From the IMG/VR virus record IMGVR_UViG_3300028628_000004: a DNA stretch of 64,000 nt. The stretch is one strand, 5' to 3'. Below, one piece after another: positions 35,782 through 44,173 of the stretch. Positions within the stretch are counted from its first letter, which is position 1; each line of letters starts with the position of its first letter. Made by a program: the position numbers and the translations under genes. The notes under the pieces were generated by a model, which had not been told where the DNA came from, made no database searches, and saw only the letters and a program-made list of their open reading frames with translations. This stretch comes from a virus. Its lineage: Duplodnaviria > Caudoviricetes.

Positions 35782-36530
35782 GTGTTAATACGAATTCTAC
35801 CCTTTACAAATCCCATTTCTATATATTTGTTTATGTCATTTTTATTTATTCTAAAACATTCACCAGTTTGAAGATTCTTCACCCATATGAGTTGAGAATA
35901 TATTTTACCATATCTCTCTTTCATAGTGTTTGATAAGTTTTCTCTTGTTTCTTTCGATGACATTCTTTCTTTCATTTTTTGTGAAAGTAATGTCTTAGTT
36001 TCGTTACTTCCACATTCACTCTCTTTTTTGTATCTTTCTTTTACTGATAATGAGATTTTGTTTCTTACCTCATCATTTATATATCTTTTCTTTGCTCTAT
36101 CTGACATTTTCTTTCTCGTTTCATCTGATATAATTCTTGTCTTATTAGTATCTATCATTTTTTGTTTTGATTCTTTCGAGTAGGTTTTTGGTTTCTGACT
36201 TATTATGGAGAGCTTTCTTTTTGTCTCATCAGTGTGATTCTTTCCTCTAAACTTTGGTCCACCTTCGCCACCAACTGATATGTTATAAACATCTTTTCTT
36301 TTTATAAAATCTTCATTCACAATAAGTATTTCCATTTTATCCATTTGCTCTTCGTTGTCAAAAACATGGAGTATTTCTTTTGTAAAGTTACTTCTCCCAT
36401 ATTTCTTAACGGCAGCCTTTATATGATGTCCGGAACCTAAGTAATCATCGTTGATATTTTCGGTTTGGTGCTTCCCAATGTAAATCTTACCGTTTATCTT
36501 ATTAGTTATCTTGTATATGGTATAAAACAT
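35745..36530 (-). CDS. GIY-YIG homing endonuclease (Seg-like) with NUMOD3-type repeats
   Basis: TIYKITNKINGKIYIG; YNISVGGEG; HTDETKRKLS; GGAG RBS. Confidence 0.9.
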   Translation of the reverse strand: MFYTIYKITNKINGKIYIGKHQTENINDDYLGSGHHIKAAVKKYGRSNFTKEILHVFDNEEQMDKMEILIVNEDFIKRKDVYNISVGGEGGPKFRGKNHTDETKRKLSIISQKPKTYSKESKQKMIDTNKTRIISDETRKKMSDRAKKRYINDEVRNKISLSVKERYKKESECGSNETKTLLSQKMKERMSSKETRENLSNTMKERYGKIYSQLIWVKNLQTGECFRINKNDINKYIEMGFVKGRIRINTARWCNSSIIGS

Positions 36531-36667
36531 AATACTCCTATTATACCAGTATTTATATTTCATAACCAAACGATTTACTGCTTCTCTATCAAAAATGGGA
36601 GCCAACCTAACGCAAGCTAGGGACACTTTTTACGGCTATCACAACTTACATACGACACAGATGAATC

Positions 36668-36738
36668 AGGGAGATTATTAGCTACGGTGTTTTTTTTTCG
36701 TTTTATGTAAATGAAGTAACCGTAACAGTGACTGCCCT
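36668..36738 (-). ncRNA. Short Y-RNA-family stem RNA
   Basis: AGGGCAGTCACTGTTACGGTTACTTC...ACACCGTAGC..AATCTCCCT. Confidence 0.6.
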
Positions 36739-36741
36739 AAA

Positions 36742-36817
36742 TGGTACACCCACAGGGAATCGAACCCTGATTAAGAGAATGAAAGTCTCCTGTACTGAGC
36801 CATTATACTATGGGTGC
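36742..36817 (-). tRNA. tRNA-Glu(TTC)
   Basis: GGAGA-CT-TTC-AT-TCTCT. Confidence 0.88.
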
Positions 36818-36973
36818 ATGTGAGTTACAGAGCCAAATGTAACTCTTATTATATTTACATGGTCGGGTTGGTCCTCCATGGGTCGCTGACAACAGAATTG
36901 CTGTGCGAGCCAACTCTCCCTCTTGCGAGTTCTATGAGTTGCGCTATCTATTGCTTTGACCGTTCTATACAAC

Positions 36974-37049
36974 TGGTACTCCTTGAGAGACTTGCACTCT
37001 ACTTTATACGCTTGAAAGGCGTGTTTCTTACTACATAGAAGAAAGGAGC
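36974..37049 (-). tRNA. tRNA-Glu(TTC), variant elbow
   Basis: ACGC-CT-TTC-AA-GCGT. Confidence 0.8.
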
Positions 37050-37100
37050 ATGAACAGAGTTTTTCTTCCGCCAGGAAAAGGAAACTCCAAAACTTTGAGA

Positions 37101-37180
37101 TGGTCCGCGAGGCTGGATTCGAACCAGCTTGTATCCGTATAACCTTTCAACGATTTATAAGACCGAGGGTGTACTCGCGG
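37101..37180 (-). tRNA. tRNA-Ile(TAT), D-arm-less with expanded variable region
   Basis: CGGT-CT-TAT-AA-ATCG. Confidence 0.75.
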
Positions 37181-37276
37181 GTAACTTTTCCTCGCATTTC
37201 TGCGTTAGGGTCTAATAGGTTATCAATACAAAGAGATGTAGCAGCGTTTATAGTGAGTTATGCTGCGATCACATTC

Positions 37277-37351
37277 TGGTGGGTCGCCACGGGGTCGATC
37301 CGTGTTCCATGGTTTAAAAGACCATTGCATCAGCCCTAATGCTTGCAACCC
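37277..37351 (-). tRNA. tRNA-Lys(TTT)
   Basis: ATGGT-CT-TTT-AA-ACCAT. Confidence 0.85.
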
Positions 37352-37448
37352 ATAATACAAACTACGCTATACACTTGTGAAGTCGCTGGCATTGCTGCCG
37401 TTGATGATACCATCATACAGCCCCTTTCAGGAATGCAAGAGGTAATTT

Positions 37449-37534
37449 TGGTAGGGGTAGTCGGACTTGAACCGACACTCCGGTAAAGGAAGCGGATTTT
37501 AAATCCGATGCGGCTGCCATTACGCCATACCCCC
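37449..37534 (-). tRNA. tRNA-Leu(TAA)
   Basis: CGGA-TT-TAA-AA-TCCG, long variable arm. Confidence 0.88.
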
Positions 37535-37552
37535 ATTTTGTCAACAAGAAAT

Positions 37553-37629
37553 TGGTGGGTCCACTCGGTACTGCCCCGAGTCCCTCTGGTTAAGAGCCAG
37601 ATGCTTACCACTTTTAGAGCTTTGGACCC
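37553..37629 (-). tRNA. tRNA-Lys(CTT)
   Basis: TCTGG-CT-CTT-AA-CCAGA. Confidence 0.85.
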
Positions 37630-37700
37630 ATGCCTCCTGTTTATTCCCACTCCTTCGAGTGGACTCACAATGATGTGAGAGGATCAAGAGATTCCTTTGA

Positions 37701-37830
37701 TGGTGTCGTGTGTAAGATTTTCACTTACCTTGATATCTTAATTGGATATCGTATTTGACTGCTTTTTCTCCTTTTCGTCCTTGGGGGGATCCTTCACCAC
37801 CCCAGGTCAGAGAAATAATACGAACACGAC
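37701..37830 (-). ncRNA. tRNA-derived RNA with a large D-loop insertion
   Basis: GTCGTGT/ACACGAC-ACCA; GATATC-CAATTAA-GATATC; T arm. Confidence 0.55.
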
Positions 37831-37831
37831 T

Positions 37832-37906
37832 TGGTAGGCGAGGTAGGTGCTGCCCCTACTACTTCCTGCATGTAAAGCAGGCACTCTGCTGTTGAGTTAC
37901 GCGCCC
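37832..37906 (-). tRNA. tRNA-Val(TAC)
   Basis: CCTGC-TT-TAC-AT-GCAGG. Confidence 0.85.
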
Positions 37907-37963
37907 ATGTGTTGGGTTTTTCACTCTTGTGGAGTATAGAAAAACCGTAACAAAACTATTTTT

Positions 37964-38037
37964 TGGCTGCCCCAAAGGGAATCGAACCCCTATGATCTGA
38001 TTAACAGTCAGACATAATACCATTATATGACAGGGCA
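37964..38037 (-). tRNA. tRNA-Asn(GTT)
   Basis: TCTGA-CT-GTT-AA-TCAGA. Confidence 0.88.
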
Positions 38038-38041
38038 ATGC

Positions 38042-38161
38042 TGGTGGAGTTGATGGGATTCAAACCCATATTTGTCAAATGCCATTTAAGGCGTAAAGAT
38101 GACTGTCTTTGTCCTGTTATGTGATGTTGCAACATCCATAAACATTAGACGACTTAACCCC
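38042..38161 (-). ncRNA. tRNA-derived RNA with bulged acceptor and D/anticodon insertions
   Basis: GGGGTT(AA)G/CAACTCC-ACCA; ATGGG-TTTGAAT-CCCAT. Confidence 0.55.
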
Positions 38162-38165
38162 ATAT

Positions 38166-38253
38166 TGGTGGGACCGGTAGGAGTCTCACCTACGGAGCCA
38201 ATTAAGGCATCGGTTTTACAGACCGCGCTCGCCATCTACGAGCATACGTTCCC
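38166..38253 (-). tRNA. tRNA-Tyr(GTA)
   Basis: CGGT-CT-GTA-AA-ACCG, long variable arm. Confidence 0.82.
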
Positions 38254-38428
38254 ATGAATCAAACTACGTTTATATACTTGTAAAGTCATCAGTCAATCCT
38301 ATGAGAGTTTTAATGTCGCCTGCCGTGTCTTTAGCACGGAGTCTTATGGCTTGCTCTCAGCGGCTTGATGGGTATATCCTAACAGGTATTTTAGGAATGC
38401 AAGAAGTATTTTTTTGAATTCCTGTAAG

Positions 38429-38503
38429 TGGTACTCGTACAGAGACTTGCACTCTGTTTATCCGATTGAGAATCGGGGTTCTTACTACATAGAAGATACG
38501 AGC
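38429..38503 (-). tRNA. tRNA-Glu(CTC)
   Basis: CCGA-TT-CTC-AA-TCGG. Confidence 0.83.
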
Positions 38504-38505
38504 AT

Positions 38506-38586
38506 TAGAGCCTCTGACGGGGATTAGGCACCCCGCTTCCTCCGGTTTACAGTCCGGTGCTTTAAACTAATATAAGCTACAGAAGC
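38506..38586 (-). tRNA. Thr-like tRNA with irregular anticodon and T loops, identity undetermined
   Basis: CCGG-ACTGTAAA-CCGG; ends in CTA. Confidence 0.5.
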
Positions 38587-38667
38587 ATGGCTCCGAATTT
38601 GTTATTACGCTGAGTCTATCGGAATACTCTCAGATGCCGCTGTGTTAGAGAGGGGCGGCTCCCCTTA

Positions 38668-38745
38668 TGGTGCGGTAAACAGGACTTGAACCTGCAACAT
38701 CCACTATGGCAAAGTGGCGCTCTAATCCAATTGAGCTATTACCGC
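38668..38745 (-). tRNA. tRNA-Gly(GCC)
   Basis: CCACT-TT-GCC-AT-AGTGG. Confidence 0.9.
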
Positions 38746-38789
38746 ATACTACAAACTACGCTATAGAATTGTGAAAGACATCCGAAACG

Positions 38790-38818
38790 AAAAAAGCCTC
38801 TGGTTTGACCAGAGGCTT
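38790..38818 (-). terminator. Attenuator B terminator
   Basis: AAGCCTCTGGT-CAA-ACCAGAGGC-TTTTTT. Confidence 0.88.
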
Positions 38819-38846
38819 GTGTATCTCATGAAGAGATAGACAGCCT

Positions 38847-38912
38847 CTAGGAACCCACGCCTTCTGCGTTGGCTCTTTTATATCCTATCTTATTTGTTAA
38901 GCAAGTGGTCAT
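38847..38912 (-). CDS. Leader peptide B, MTTCLTNKIGYKRANAEGVGS*
   Basis: 21 codons, all different; AGGA upstream; TATAAATA at 38956-38963; stop overlaps antiterminator TAGAGGCT. Confidence 0.78.
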   Translation of the reverse strand: MTTCLTNKIGYKRANAEGVGS

Positions 38913-38947
38913 TGAAGGCGTGTTCCTAAGTGTGTGATACAGGGTTG

Positions 38948-39682
38948 CTATAAAGTATTTATATGGGATATTGTATCACACTTTAAATTTTTTCCTAAAC
39001 ATATTTTAAAGTAGCTTTCCGATACCTCATAGCCAACATACTCTCTGCCAAGTTTCTCACAGGATTCTGCGACTGTTCCTATGCCCATGAAAGGATCTAG
39101 GACAGTATCACCAGCATCAGTTGATAATTTAATACAGATTTCTGGTAACAATGGATGGAAGGGTGCTGGATGGTCCTTCTGCTTCTTCGGAGGCATGACC
39201 CAAACCTCTGACCGAAATTCTTTGGGTAGTCTGCTTTTGTATACCTTTGGCTTGCCCTTAGCTAACCAGAATATATATTCAGTGGTTGGAGTCAAAACAT
39301 CATTCCGTATATTAGGAGAGTTTCTTCTGTCAATAATTATAAGCTGATAGAGATTCCACTTTGTCTTGCTCACGATATCGTAGGGGTTGTAGCACTTGTT
39401 GCTCTTTCGACGCATCTTGTGGTTGTAAAACAAAGATCCATCGTCTTTAGTTTTTTCAAATATCTTATCAAGAATCTTTACTTGCCACTCTTGGTATTCA
39501 CTCTCTGGCATGTCATCGCCATATACATCATAGTCGATGTTGTGCTTTGACCATATCTGGTTTCCAGTTTTTACCTTCCCCAGCAATCCCTTCTTGTTAT
39601 AGGGCGGGGAGGTAATTGTAGTCTGGATGCTATTGTCTGATAGGCTTGAAATACCTTCAAGACAATCCATGTTATAAATCAT
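38948..39682 (-). CDS. DNA methyltransferase, beta class (SPPY, probably N4-C)
   Basis: TSPPY; HPAPF; VLDPFMGIGT. Confidence 0.9.
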   Translation of the reverse strand: MIYNMDCLEGISSLSDNSIQTTITSPPYNKKGLLGKVKTGNQIWSKHNIDYDVYGDDMPESEYQEWQVKILDKIFEKTKDDGSLFYNHKMRRKSNKCYNPYDIVSKTKWNLYQLIIIDRRNSPNIRNDVLTPTTEYIFWLAKGKPKVYKSRLPKEFRSEVWVMPPKKQKDHPAPFHPLLPEICIKLSTDAGDTVLDPFMGIGTVAESCEKLGREYVGYEVSESYFKICLGKNLKCDTISHINTL

Positions 39683-39718
39683 TAATGTATTCTATGACTT
39701 ATTTTTTGGAAGTCAACA

Positions 39719-42199
39719 TTAGCATTTTGAGTAGCCACATGCCTTACAAGTCTGACATCCTTCCATACGGATGATGTCCTTGCTACCGCAGCTTGGACAT
39801 GTTTCTCCGCTTACCTTTACTCCATTTTTAATATACTTCTTCAGGACTCGGCACATGACCTTGGTGAAGGATGCTATATTGTCGGTACGGACCTTTTCAA
39901 GTTGATGAACAAGATGCTCAAGAGGCGTTCCATGTCTCAACGAAATAGATACAAGACGGGTTACAAGCTCTTCTTCCTCTGTCTGGTCCTTCATGATGTT
40001 CTTGATAGTGAACCCATCATCAAATTCAACGTCATAGTGACCTTTTGCTTTCTTGACAAGCTTTCCATTGACATACTTCTTGTCAATGGTTCCGTTTTCG
40101 AAAACGAATAGTTCGTATGGCTCTCCACCTTCGAACAGACCAACGACCGCACAGTATTCTATTGAGCGAACCTTGTCAAGTTTCTTGCTGAGCTTCACAT
40201 GGTGTACTTCGCACTTGAGAGAAGTGGGACGCTTTGGGGCTGTTGTTTTAGTGATGGTAATAGCGTCTCTTCCGGATTTTTCCTTTGTTTCCTTTGGTTT
40301 ATCGTCAACGAGAACACCAGTACGACAGCCATCACGATAGATGGTAAAGCCCTTGCAGCCGCTTTCCCATGCCTTCATGTAAATCTCGGATACAAGTTCC
40401 TTGGTAGCAGAGTTTGGTAGGTTACAGGTCTTGCTGATAGAGTGACTTACCCACTTCTGTGCTGCTGCCTGAAGATCCACGGAAGCGACCCAATCAATCT
40501 CGTTTGAGGTTGCTTTGAAGTATGGGGAGTCTTCTATTTTTTCTTTTCCGGTTACTTCCATCCACTTGCGGAAGCCGTGGTGATAAACAGGAAACTCTTG
40601 CCACTTGTCACCCATGTCATCAACAAAATCAACTTTAGCAGATTTATCGTTTGGATTTATTTTCTTACGACGAGTGTACTTAAGAAGGAACGAAGGTTCG
40701 ATTCCAGAGGTAGTCTGTGTCATGGTAGAAACAGATCCAACTGGAGCCGTGGTAGTGGTCGATATGTTTCTACGACCATGCTTCTTGTAAAGGGTCTTGA
40801 GTTCGGGGTCAGATTCCAATAGCCTCTCTATAAATGGATGACCCCTCTCAAGCTTAGCGTCGAATATCGGGAATGTTCCACGATCACGCGCCATCATACA
40901 CGATGCCTTCTCGGAGTTGATGGCAAGTGCCTTGTATATTTCTTCAGTTTTCTTGATGGATTCTTTGGAGCCATAGCGAATATTTAAGGCGGCGAGGGCG
41001 TCACCAAGGGCAGTGATGCCAAGCCCTGTTCTACGACCATTGATGCATGCATTCTTGATGTTATTCCAGAGGTCAATTTCTATCTTCTTAACATTCTCTG
41101 GCTCAATATCGGCATGTATCTTCTTTAGAATCTTATCTATCTGCTCAAGCTCAATATCAATCATATCGTCCATAAGCCGCTGGGCTACTTGAGTAACTTC
41201 CGCGAACTTGACGAAATCAAACTCTGCTTTGTCAGTAAACGCATCATTGACAAACGAATTCAGATTGACAACCATAAGTCTGCAACTGTCGTATGGAGAA
41301 AGAGTTATCTCACCACATGGATTTGTTGAAGTGGATTTATATGATTCGTATATATCTGCTGGACCGTTATTTACGACATTATCCCAGAAAAGGATTCCAG
41401 GCTCAGCGGATTCCCAAGCAGCCTGAATAATCTCGCTCCAGATTTCTCTTGCATTTACCATTTCACTAATAGATGGCGTCTTGCTATCTACAGGAAAGCG
41501 CAACTCAACTTGTTTGTCCTGCTTGACTGCCTTCATGAACTCGTCAGTCATACGGATTGAAATGTTAGCACCAGTTACCTTCTTTTTGTCGCGCTTGATG
41601 TTGATGAAAGTTCTTATCTCGGGATGGTGACATGATATAGATAACATTAGAGCGCCTCTGCGCCCGTTCTGTGCAACTTCGCGACATGTATTCGAAAATC
41701 TTTCCATGAACACGCCGATACCGTCAGTGGTACGAGCAGCGTTCTTGGTTGATAGTCCCTTTGGACGAATATTGGATATATCGAATCCAACTCCACCACG
41801 ACGCTTCATAACTTGAGCCTGCTCTTGGTCTGTATGTAATATACCACCATACGAGTCAAGCGGCGAAGGAATCACGAAGCAGTTTGATGCAGACTGAATC
41901 TGATACGGATTTCCTATGGCTGACATAGGAGAACCCTGTGGAACTATATACTTGAAATTCTTGAAGTAAGAATATATCTCATCTTCTGACAATGGGTTTG
42001 GATACTTCTTTTCAATTCTGGCAAATTCTTTTGCTATTCTTCTGTGGGCTTGGTCGGGGGAACTTTCGAGTAGTTCATGTTTTTCGTTTCTGAGCGCATA
42101 CTTTCCTACGAATACTGAGGCTGCTAGTTCGTCACCATTGAAATATTCTACTGACTCCTTAGTTGCTTCTTCGTGGGTGTAAATTCTCTTATTTGTCAT
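39719..42199 (-). CDS. nrdJ: Class II adenosylcobalamin-dependent ribonucleotide reductase
   Basis: SNCFV; RRGA; TNPCGE; SISKTCN; C-terminal Zn ribbon ...CGYSKC. Confidence 0.9.
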   Translation of the reverse strand: MTNKRIYTHEEATKESVEYFNGDELAASVFVGKYALRNEKHELLESSPDQAHRRIAKEFARIEKKYPNPLSEDEIYSYFKNFKYIVPQGSPMSAIGNPYQIQSASNCFVIPSPLDSYGGILHTDQEQAQVMKRRGGVGFDISNIRPKGLSTKNAARTTDGIGVFMERFSNTCREVAQNGRRGALMLSISCHHPEIRTFINIKRDKKKVTGANISIRMTDEFMKAVKQDKQVELRFPVDSKTPSISEMVNAREIWSEIIQAAWESAEPGILFWDNVVNNGPADIYESYKSTSTNPCGEITLSPYDSCRLMVVNLNSFVNDAFTDKAEFDFVKFAEVTQVAQRLMDDMIDIELEQIDKILKKIHADIEPENVKKIEIDLWNNIKNACINGRRTGLGITALGDALAALNIRYGSKESIKKTEEIYKALAINSEKASCMMARDRGTFPIFDAKLERGHPFIERLLESDPELKTLYKKHGRRNISTTTTAPVGSVSTMTQTTSGIEPSFLLKYTRRKKINPNDKSAKVDFVDDMGDKWQEFPVYHHGFRKWMEVTGKEKIEDSPYFKATSNEIDWVASVDLQAAAQKWVSHSISKTCNLPNSATKELVSEIYMKAWESGCKGFTIYRDGCRTGVLVDDKPKETKEKSGRDAITITKTTAPKRPTSLKCEVHHVKLSKKLDKVRSIEYCAVVGLFEGGEPYELFVFENGTIDKKYVNGKLVKKAKGHYDVEFDDGFTIKNIMKDQTEEEELVTRLVSISLRHGTPLEHLVHQLEKVRTDNIASFTKVMCRVLKKYIKNGVKVSGETCPSCGSKDIIRMEGCQTCKACGYSKC

Positions 42200-42281
42200 C
42201 GTTGTCTCCAGATTTTATTTTAGTGGGTTATTGTATTTATCAATACCCAATCATGTCATTTTTGATAAAAATATTATACTC

Positions 42282-42878
42282 TTACACAGATAAATAATCA
42301 TTCTTTTTTTGAAACACTAAGAAATATGAATGATATTTTCTTGCGTGTTTTTGTTTAGTTGTATTATGTGTAGTCATTCTGTGTTTTGCAGTTAAGATAA
42401 ATAGATCAACGTTCTCAAATCCATATTTCTCAGCCATGTTACAAATAAAAACATGTGACAAATGATTGCGACCACCTGAGACTATATCCTGACACTTGAC
42501 GATTAAATGTCCTTTCTTACTGATGACGCGATTGAATTCTTTAAGCGAGTCATCATAGAACTGCCATAGTTCTTTCATCGTCTTGTATGACGAGAAACGA
42601 TTACCTATAACAGACTCCTTACCGTGTGCAACAATGAATGGTGGGTCATACATCATCGACTTTACAATACCATTAGTTATCGGAAGTTTCCTGCAATCGG
42701 CTTGAATAACATCGGGTCTATTGGTTGGTGGACAGATGTCGAACTTTAGGGTTGGCTCATCCAATCCCTTCCAAAACGCGCCCTTCGAGAATGTAACATC
42801 ACACTGGATGTTGCCAGTATAGAGGGTTTGTATATTCTTGATAATTTCAAGCTGAGAGTCTGATATTGACTTAATCAT
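42282..42878 (-). CDS. Small DNA adenine methyltransferase
   Basis: DVTFSKG; ADCRKLP; YDPPF; KCQD. Confidence 0.8.
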   Translation of the reverse strand: MIKSISDSQLEIIKNIQTLYTGNIQCDVTFSKGAFWKGLDEPTLKFDICPPTNRPDVIQADCRKLPITNGIVKSMMYDPPFIVAHGKESVIGNRFSSYKTMKELWQFYDDSLKEFNRVISKKGHLIVKCQDIVSGGRNHLSHVFICNMAEKYGFENVDLFILTAKHRMTTHNTTKQKHARKYHSYFLVFQKKNDYLSV

Positions 42879-42960
42879 TATTTTTCCTAGTTTATATGGA
42901 CTTGTTGGGTGCTTCTTGGTTTTATCTTACTGTCATCTCTATATGAATCAATATTTTATA

Positions 42961-44136
42961 CTATTCAATATATATTGGAAAAAGGTTTAGAAGCTCTGTT
43001 TTTGATAATTGAGTATTCCCCGTGATATGCTTGATTGCTTTTAAATTTTTTGGCGATGATAATTGCTTTAGAAGCCACTGAAGTGATAAACGACACTTAT
43101 CACCGCATGTTATTACATTAACATGATTTTCAGTAACGTATTTAATATCGCTCACCAGACAACATCGTAATTTTGCATTCTTCCCGCAGCCAGTTATTCT
43201 ATTAACCACTATACAAGGCGAAGTATTAAAGGAATTAACTTTTATGTATTGTTTTCTTTTAGTATTATTGTTTAAAGTTAACTTATCTTGTATATTGTGT
43301 GCCCAAATTAAGGTTACATCGGAAGCGTCGTCGGACAGAATATTCTTATTTTGATTCCACACCACATTTCCGGTAGCAACTTCAAACCCAGCATCTTTTA
43401 ACGATATTGCACCTTCATATAATTTTTCAATTTCTTTTACATCTTCAGTGAAGATGGTTATGCCATTGCGCTTGAACACATATCTTCCACTGTTAGTCGT
43501 CTTTTTGAGTATTAGTATTTGTACTGTTTGTGATGCGTCGTCAAATTCATTTGGATTTAAGACTTTAAGAAAGACAATATCACACGTCTTTACAATATAT
43601 TCCCTCAATTTCCTAAAGTAAGACCCATTGTTCATCGAAGGAGGAACTACAAGGGCAATATATCCTTCCTTTTTTGTTACATCAATTGATTTTTTTATGA
43701 AAAGGGAATATATATTCACTCTTCCGCATATGACATCTTTGAATTTTTCTCTGGTGGTTTTATCTGGAGTGAATTCAAAATATGGGGGATTTCCTATAGT
43801 ATAGTCAAAATATTCTTTCTTGTCCAACAAAAGAGAATTGATACATTCGCTTTCTTTTATGTTTTTATATGTTTCTTTACATATATTAACCATGTTATTA
43901 TCAGTGTCATAAGCGTATATTTCGGGGGTGTTGAACGCAGTTTGAAATGATAATATAAATTCTCCCGTTCCGCAATTTAACTCACATACTTTGTAGTTAA
44001 TATGTGTTTTATCTATGGGGAGGTTATCGAATAATATATCTCTTACGTATTTCTTGGTGAAATATTGTCCCATCTTTTTTCTATAGGCAATATCAACTGA
44101 TTTCAAATACTCAGATGTTTCTTTGGTATAATCCAT
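42961..44136 (-). CDS. N6-adenine DNA methyltransferase, gamma class (Eco57I/TaqI-like)
   Basis: GQYFT; CGTGEF; GNPPY; C-terminal TRD. Confidence 0.88.
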   Translation of the reverse strand: MDYTKETSEYLKSVDIAYRKKMGQYFTKKYVRDILFDNLPIDKTHINYKVCELNCGTGEFILSFQTAFNTPEIYAYDTDNNMVNICKETYKNIKESECINSLLLDKKEYFDYTIGNPPYFEFTPDKTTREKFKDVICGRVNIYSLFIKKSIDVTKKEGYIALVVPPSMNNGSYFRKLREYIVKTCDIVFLKVLNPNEFDDASQTVQILILKKTTNSGRYVFKRNGITIFTEDVKEIEKLYEGAISLKDAGFEVATGNVVWNQNKNILSDDASDVTLIWAHNIQDKLTLNNNTKRKQYIKVNSFNTSPCIVVNRITGCGKNAKLRCCLVSDIKYVTENHVNVITCGDKCRLSLQWLLKQLSSPKNLKAIKHITGNTQLSKTELLNLFPIYIE

Positions 44137-44173
44137 GATGTTATTATATGACATGGATTGTATAAAACAACCA

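Noticed and set aside
35218-36962. Extra tRNAs at 35218-35300 and 36860-36962 (CCA-like ends)
   Set aside because: No convincing acceptor stem or T arm.
24331-37668. Many short ORF-track entries across the RNA array and antisense to long genes
   Set aside because: They overlap tRNAs or real genes, lack RBSs and motifs, and are treated as spurious.
22354-38745. tRNA-associated HDV-like (theta) ribozymes
   Set aside because: I could not find the nested double-pseudoknot pattern by eye; a descriptor search is needed to exclude it.
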